A stretch of 64,000 nucleotides of DNA from the human T2T-CHM13v2.0 reference genome, Homo sapiens: the NCBI RefSeq assembly GCF_009914755.1, contig NC_060929.1. One strand, 5' to 3'. The translations under genes were made by a program, and so were the position numbers. Below, piece after piece: positions 57,665 through 64,000 of this stretch (within the stretch, counting starts at the first letter, position 1; each line of letters starts with the position of its first letter). Below the pieces are notes generated by a model. It was not told where the DNA came from and ran no database searches. It saw nothing but the letters and a program-made list of their open reading frames with translations.

Positions 57665-60588
57665 GAGGGAGGGCAAAGGTGGAGAGGGAAGGAAAAATGG
57701 AGGAAGAAAAGAAGAAAGGAAAGGTCATATTCCCCAGAACCTTTCCACAGTACTTTAAACATAGTAGGTACTTAATAAGTATTTATGGAATTGAACTGAA
57801 CTGCCCAGGTATCTGTAATACCATTTTCTCAACTCCAGCCTCACTTCCTAAGCATTTTCTCTAGAGAGAGGTAAACAGAAAAAGAAAGCGTTCATTCCAC
57901 CAGTTCTATGCCCTTCACCCCATGCATCGGGCCTGGCCATGGGCCGGGCCTGCCCCTGCAAGGACAGGACAAACTGATCCATGTCCTGTCTCGAAGCTGG
58001 TTTCCTGGCAGGACTGTAACTCAACATTCTGGGAAATACAAATATCCCTGGTAGGTAACTCACTCTTGAGTTGAAGCCGTCGGTTTTTATTCATAAACAA
58101 AGTAATGAGTGAGCAGTTGCTCAACTCTTTTTTTGTCTGTTTGTTAAAAGAAAGGCCATAAGAAGCAAAGCCAAATGCAAACAGAACAGAGGTATAAATA
58201 AACAGCCGCTCTGGTGAGTGCCAGGAAAGAGCTTAGCGTGACTAAAGGAGAAAATGTAACAGGTAAACTTCCTCCTAGCATTTCTTATGCAGCAGGAACC
58301 AATTCCTCCAAATAGCCATGCTCACTGTATCCTTTTCCCAATACTGAGGCAAGCCTTGGTCACACCATCACCAGGCACCTGGGGAAAACAAACACAAGGG
58401 ACCCTGCCTTCCTGCGAGAATTGAACATTCTGTGAAAGTGACATTTCAGGGATGCAACAATTTCTACACCTTCTATTTGCTTGAGTGTCTATTTGCTTCT
58501 ATCTTTTCTAAATAATATAACCACAAAAATCCATATTTGCAGAATGCATAATCAATTATTAGGGCTACCAAAATCCTTTCCAAATCAATCTTGGACTAGT
58601 GGCACTAACCTGCCAATATGAGGGTTAAGAAAATCATGCAGTACAGGAAACAGAGGAGGACTGGGCCATAGGTTTGTTTCACGATTGCTGGTCTTCACTT
58701 TGATCTGCATATGCTCATTTACCACCTTCCACCATACTTCCAGCTTAAGTAAAATGGGGATTGCTTACTCAGCTGGGGAGAGCAAGAGTTGTAAAACAGT
58801 GTTTACAAAGATGTGCCTGAGTGAACAGAAAACCGAAAATATTTACCAAAGGATGCTCAGTGTGTCTTAGGAGAAGAATGTTGTGCAAACATTTTTGAGG
58901 TCACTATTCTTCATAATTTTTTCTAACTATAAATTATGTATGTATAAAATCTGTATATTCATTATAGAAATGTTAAAAATAAAGAAAATTAAAATCCTCT
59001 TTAATTCCACTAGCCAGAGATAATCAGTATCAATATTTTGGTGTATGTCCTTTTATTCTGCTTTCTATAGATATTTATATACCGTTTTTATTTTCATAAA
59101 ATTGGAACCTATTGCTTCAATGATTTACTTTTTTCACTCATTAATTGTAAACATTTTCCCATGTTATTAAATGTTTTCTAGTAACACTTGGAGGGAGGGG
59201 AGAGGTCTTTGCAAATTTCATAGATGAAAAGAGGTATGTCAATGTAATTTCCTAGTTTACTATGGAAGTTAAATAAGAGATATTTGATAATTTTCAAATT
59301 CTTTAAGTTCAACTCGAACAGACCAAGAGAAAATTAGAGGCAAAGAGCATAGCGCTGAAACCTGAAAGCAAGCATAATTAATAAAATATAACAACCCAGA
59401 TGAAAGCTAATAGCCATGCTTTATATCCTTAAAGGGGAAAACTTGGTAAATTTATGTAAGATTGTATTATATATGGATTTAAAATTAAGACATAGAAAAA
59501 AGTCATTGGTTTATTGGTATTAGAAGTAACAATGTCACCTGTCATTTCAGGGTCCCATTTTCTTTGACAGAAAATGAGAACAGTCACTTGAAATACTAAA
59601 AAGAGCTAACGAGTATGTCTTCAATAAACACAAAATATAGTGAAAATTCCAAGTATTTATGACATAAATTATATGAAAATGAGAATATTAATATGTGTCT
59701 ACCATAAAAGGATACACACAAAAATAAAAGCCAATTTTGAGCAACGTAAATATCTACAGAGAGGAGGAAAACGCTGAAGTATTATTTGCATAATCTAGAT
59801 ACATTGCTCTTAATTCAACAAGTATAAATTTATATCTTTAAAATCATGACAAAGTGCATATTTTATCGATTAGCATAATAGATCCCTACAGTTATATGAC
59901 TATAGTGTACCTGATGAAAATATATATGAATGCAATCGTCCTTGAAAATAAATGCAAAAACAAGTACTGAACTTGGATTATTCTTCAATCCACAATATTC
60001 ACTTAAAAAAAAAAAAAGAGCCAGACTAATGAAATGAAAGTTGATGTAAATGTATAGCGTGTGTTTCCAGCTGCACCTGCTCCGATGCGCACCGAGGCAA
60101 ATGTAAGAGACAGAAAGAACCCACCCAGCGGGGCTTTCTCTGCACACCATACCCCTCCCTCTCTCCAGGGGAACTAAACATTCGCTTCTGTCCAAACCCA
60201 AGGGCTAATGAGAGCTGGTAACAGCCAACGAACGACAGACACAAAAGCGACCTTCGCCACACCTGGATATCTCTGATGCTCGCTATGGGACAATGGGTGG
60301 ATTGGGTCCACGTCGCAGACAACCAATGGCCTTTTCAGCAGCAAGAGGAAGAGGAGGAAGTCCCTGAACTTAGTGCGTTTTGCATTTCGGGGTGCCCTGG
60401 TAGGCGTGATTGACAACTACCCCCTGAGGAAAAAAACGTGCGAAATTCCAGAAACAGCAATCCCAGCCCTAAAAGGTCAAGAAAGTGCTTTTGGCCCCCA
60501 AACTCTGAAAACCCCGGACCACAAGCCGAGCCCCTCCCTGGTCTCTGCCGCCAACCCCGCGAGCCAGGGAACCCCGGGCCGCTCGGCC

Positions 60589-60598
60589 GCGCATGCGC
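60589..60598. promoter_or_regulatory. NRF1 motif GCGCATGCGC
   Basis: Exact palindromic NRF1 core inside the CpG island. Confidence 0.7.
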
Positions 60599-60651
60599 CG
60601 CGGCGGCCCTGGCTGGGCGTGGGAGCCGCGTGGCCCGAGCGCGCACAGTAC

Positions 60652-60663
60652 CAGTTTGTCCAT
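60652..60663 (-). CDS. Candidate first coding exon segment (Met-Asp-Lys-Leu) of an unidentified gene
   Basis: gcgccATGG strong Kozak context, then a possible donor CTG|gtactg; the donor is weak and no downstream exon was identified. Confidence 0.3.
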
Positions 60664-60808
60664 GGCGCTGTGCTGCGGCGCTCCGCTGGGACTCGTAGCG
60701 CTCCCCCGGTGCAGGGAGGACCCCGCCGCAGCCGCCGCGCCCTGCCCTCGTCTGCTCTCCGGAGTCCGCTCAGGCCGCCCGGCTAGCCGGCTGTTTGCTG
60801 CTCCTGCC

Positions 60809-60822
60809 GTTGCCATGGCGAC
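60809..60822. promoter_or_regulatory. RFX X-box GTTGCCATGGCGAC
   Basis: 13/14 match to palindromic consensus GTTGCCATGGCAAC. Confidence 0.8.
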
Positions 60823-61407
60823 GGGCAATGCTCCGCCTGGGCCTGGCCACCGCCCCCAGCGCGGCGCGGCGCGGCTCGGCTCGGCGCTTCCAGGGCTCCG
60901 GCTCCCGAGCTACTTGCATGCTCGGGGCCGGCTCCGGTTCCGGGGAAGCCCAGAGCTTCCGGCCTGCCACTGGGCCCCAGATGCCGTTTCTTGACTATTT
61001 TCCATTAGGTTTCTCTTAGCTCTCCCCTGATTGTTTAGCATTTGTTTGAATGTGGAATTTTGAGTGTTTCTAGCTTTAGGAGGAAAAAATAATTCAAAAT
61101 GAAATTTAGAAGATTTCAACATTAATTCGCACAGTCTTGATTATTAGTCTTAGACTGTAAGTTTTAGATTCTTCTCATAGCTTCCGTGTCTGGTACCTTC
61201 ACAGCTATTTCTCCAGCTAAGACCTCCATAGAAACGTTTAACTTTGAGTTTTAATCTATAGGTAATAAAGATAAATTTCTAAACACTGTACACCCATCAG
61301 AATACCTCATTGGCATGTATGAATTCCAAGTAAATTTGCCTTAAAGCACTTTCCAAAAAAATTTGAATAGAAATATTTCGTATCTGCAAAATCTTTCTCA
61401 TCTGGGC

Positions 61408-61747
61408 CAGCACTGTCCAATAGAAATATAATGCCTGACACATGTGAAAGTTTATGTTTTTAGGAGCCACATTTTAAAAAGTAAAAGAAGCAGGTGAAAT
61501 TAATTTTAATAGTATGTTTCAGTTTCTTCATTCATTAATGAAGTCATTACTATGTTTCAGCCAAAATATTATTTCAATATGCTACCAATATAAAAATTAT
61601 TCATGAGACAGTTTACATTCTTTTATCGTACTAGTCCTCGAAATCTGATGTGTATTTTACACGTACAGCACATCTCAATTTGGACTAGCCACATTTCAAG
61701 TGCTCAATGGCCAGTGTGACTGGTGGCTACTATATTGGTCACAGCAG
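61408..61747. mobile_element. hAT-Charlie MITE (MER33-like)
   Basis: cactgtccaatagaaatataatg...agccacatttcaagtgctcaat...tattggtcacagcag. Confidence 0.8.
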
Positions 61748-61758
61748 ATCCGCTAGGC

Positions 61759-62265
61759 CAGTGCTTTCCAAACTTTTTGGCACCAGGGATTGGTTTCGTG
61801 AAAGACAGTTTTTCCACAGGTGGGGCAGGGGGTGGTTTCCGGATGATTCAAGCACATTACATTTATTGTGCACTTTATTTCTATTATTATTGTATTGTAA
61901 TATATAATGAAATAATTATACAACTCACCGTAATGTAGAATCAGTGGGAGTCCTGATCTTGTTTTCCTGCAACTAGATGGTCCCATCTGGGGGTGATGGG
62001 AGACAGTGACCAATCATCAGGCATTAAGATTCTCCTAGGAGTGTGCAACCTAGATCTCTCCCATGGGCGGTTCACAATAGCATTGGTATTCCTATAAGAC
62101 TCTTATGCCCTGGCTGATCTGACAGGAGGTGGAGCTCAGGCAGTAATGTGAGCGATGGGGAGCACCTGTAAATACAGATGAAGCTTCTTTGGCTTATCTG
62201 CCTCTCACCTCCTACGATGAGGTCTGGTTCCTTAACAGACCACAGACCTGGGTTGGGAGCCCCTG
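61759..62265 (+). mobile_element. hAT-Charlie MITE (MER1A-like)
   Basis: ccaaactttttggcaccaggga...ggttgggagcccctg; degenerate 8-bp TSD cgctaggc / cactagac. Confidence 0.85.
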
Positions 62266-62359
62266 CACTAGACTATGAACTCTAGGAAGACCAGCCCCGG
62301 ATCTCCATGAGGCGGGGAGGATTTCGTCTCCTTGTCAGGCCTGCTAAAACCTGATTAAC

Positions 62360-62954
<595 letters not shown>

Positions 62955-63409
62955 TAATTAACTCTTGAACAAGTGTTCCCATTCCCACCAGAGGGAGAAA
63001 CATCCTTAAGTGGCAAAAACACTTTTCAGAAACTGAGAAAAGTAGAAATGACATTCCAGTCGTCTGCTTTTGTAGACAGTTTGTGTAACTTTGCCTGCAA
63101 AGGGTATCTTTGCCCCGTGGTACCTCTCTTGTTAGCCTGAAGAGGAAGCCAGCCTGGGACTCAAGGTCGCTGGGCTCCTTGCTGCTGTCAGGGAATGCAC
63201 AGTGTCATTGTCCTGCCTCCCTCACTAGAATATCATCAGAATTCAGTGTAACCCTCATAATCGCCTTAGAAGGTTTTAGAACCAGGCCCTCAAGAAAACA
63301 GTGTTTGTTTTAACAGAGGTAAAAACTCTGCTTGGTCAAAATATGCAGCTTCAAGGGAAAAGTCTGTCCATAGAGGGCAGGTCTAAGAAGGGGACATGCA
63401 AGCTAATAC

Positions 63410-63600
63410 TTGTCTAGGTAATTTTATGTATTAACTCATTTTATCTTAAAACATCCTCTAAACTTGGCCATTATCATCAGTGCCCCTACGTATTACAGAT
63501 GAGACACAGAGAAAGATGAAGTGGCCTCCCCGAGGCTACATAAGTAGAAGAGTAGAAGGAGCTGGGAGCCCTGGTTCCACCTCGTGCCTCTGGACTCTAT
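63410..63600 (-). mobile_element. MIR SINE
   Basis: ttacagatgagacacagag...ccgaggctacataagtagaagagtag. Confidence 0.65.
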
Positions 63601-64000
63601 TGAGATGACAGACAGTATGGAAGGTGGGCGGTGGAGCAGGCGTCGAGGGAGGGGCATCTTCAGGGAAGCTTCTGTGTTGGGCACTTCTGTGCTGACACGA
63701 GTCTTTCTGATTTCAGAAAGAGACCGGGGGTAAAGCTGGGCTAATACAATCTTATAGTTCCCTGATCTGTGCCTTTTTAGGCAAAATGTGACCTACACAC
63801 TTTTATCTTTGATGTTCCCTTCCTGCTGAAAGTCCTTTGCTCCCAGAAAGATGTATGCTGTTTAGGATCCCCAAGCTACAGTGGAATTCCTTGGGTCTGG
63901 CCTGGGTTTCAGAGCTTCCCCAGCCATCCTGGTCTACCATTAATACTGAACAACTCCCTCCCCCGGGCACTACCCCCCATAGGAACCCCTTGTGGCTTTC

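Larger units (their letters stand above)
60230..60990. promoter_or_regulatory. CpG island / probable promoter
   Basis: Only dense non-Alu CpG cluster in the window; core 60510-60990 is very GC-rich. Confidence 0.9.

Noticed and set aside
60650-60675. REST/RE1-like motif (acagcgccatggacaaac on minus)
   Set aside because: Mismatches at key positions in both half-sites (CAGCGCC, GGACAA).
60335-61122. Overlapping GC-rich ORFs on both strands
   Set aside because: Stop codons are rare in CpG islands, and none matches a protein I recognise, so no gene symbol was assigned.

Overview
This is primate (almost certainly human) genomic DNA. It has about 25 Alu copies, several L1, L2 and MIR elements, MaLR/ERV LTRs and hAT/Tigger MITEs, and CpG is depleted almost everywhere. 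The one CpG island (~60.2-61.0 kb) has a near-perfect RFX X-box and an NRF1 palindrome. It looks like the promoter and first exon of a minus-strand gene, which would make most of the window a long first intron. I could not identify the gene, and no protein-coding exon is firmly supported. The listed ORFs are mostly Alu/L1-derived or chance. I found no evidence for a new multi-gene system. The best hidden signal is a 32-nt tRNA-Cys(GCA) 5' half retro-inserted with a perfect 15-bp target-site duplication (TSD) at 46477-46538. Other notable signals: a 28-bp minisatellite whose units carry UGCAUG plus GTGAGT; a recent 121-bp tandem duplication and a templated-insertion scar inside a full-length L1PB; a 176-bp dispersed duplication; two 5'-inverted (twin-primed) L1s; and an ERV LTR with a tRNA-Arg primer-binding site. 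Repeat subfamily names come from memory of consensus sequences and need RepeatMasker/Dfam confirmation. Boundaries without a TSD are approximate.
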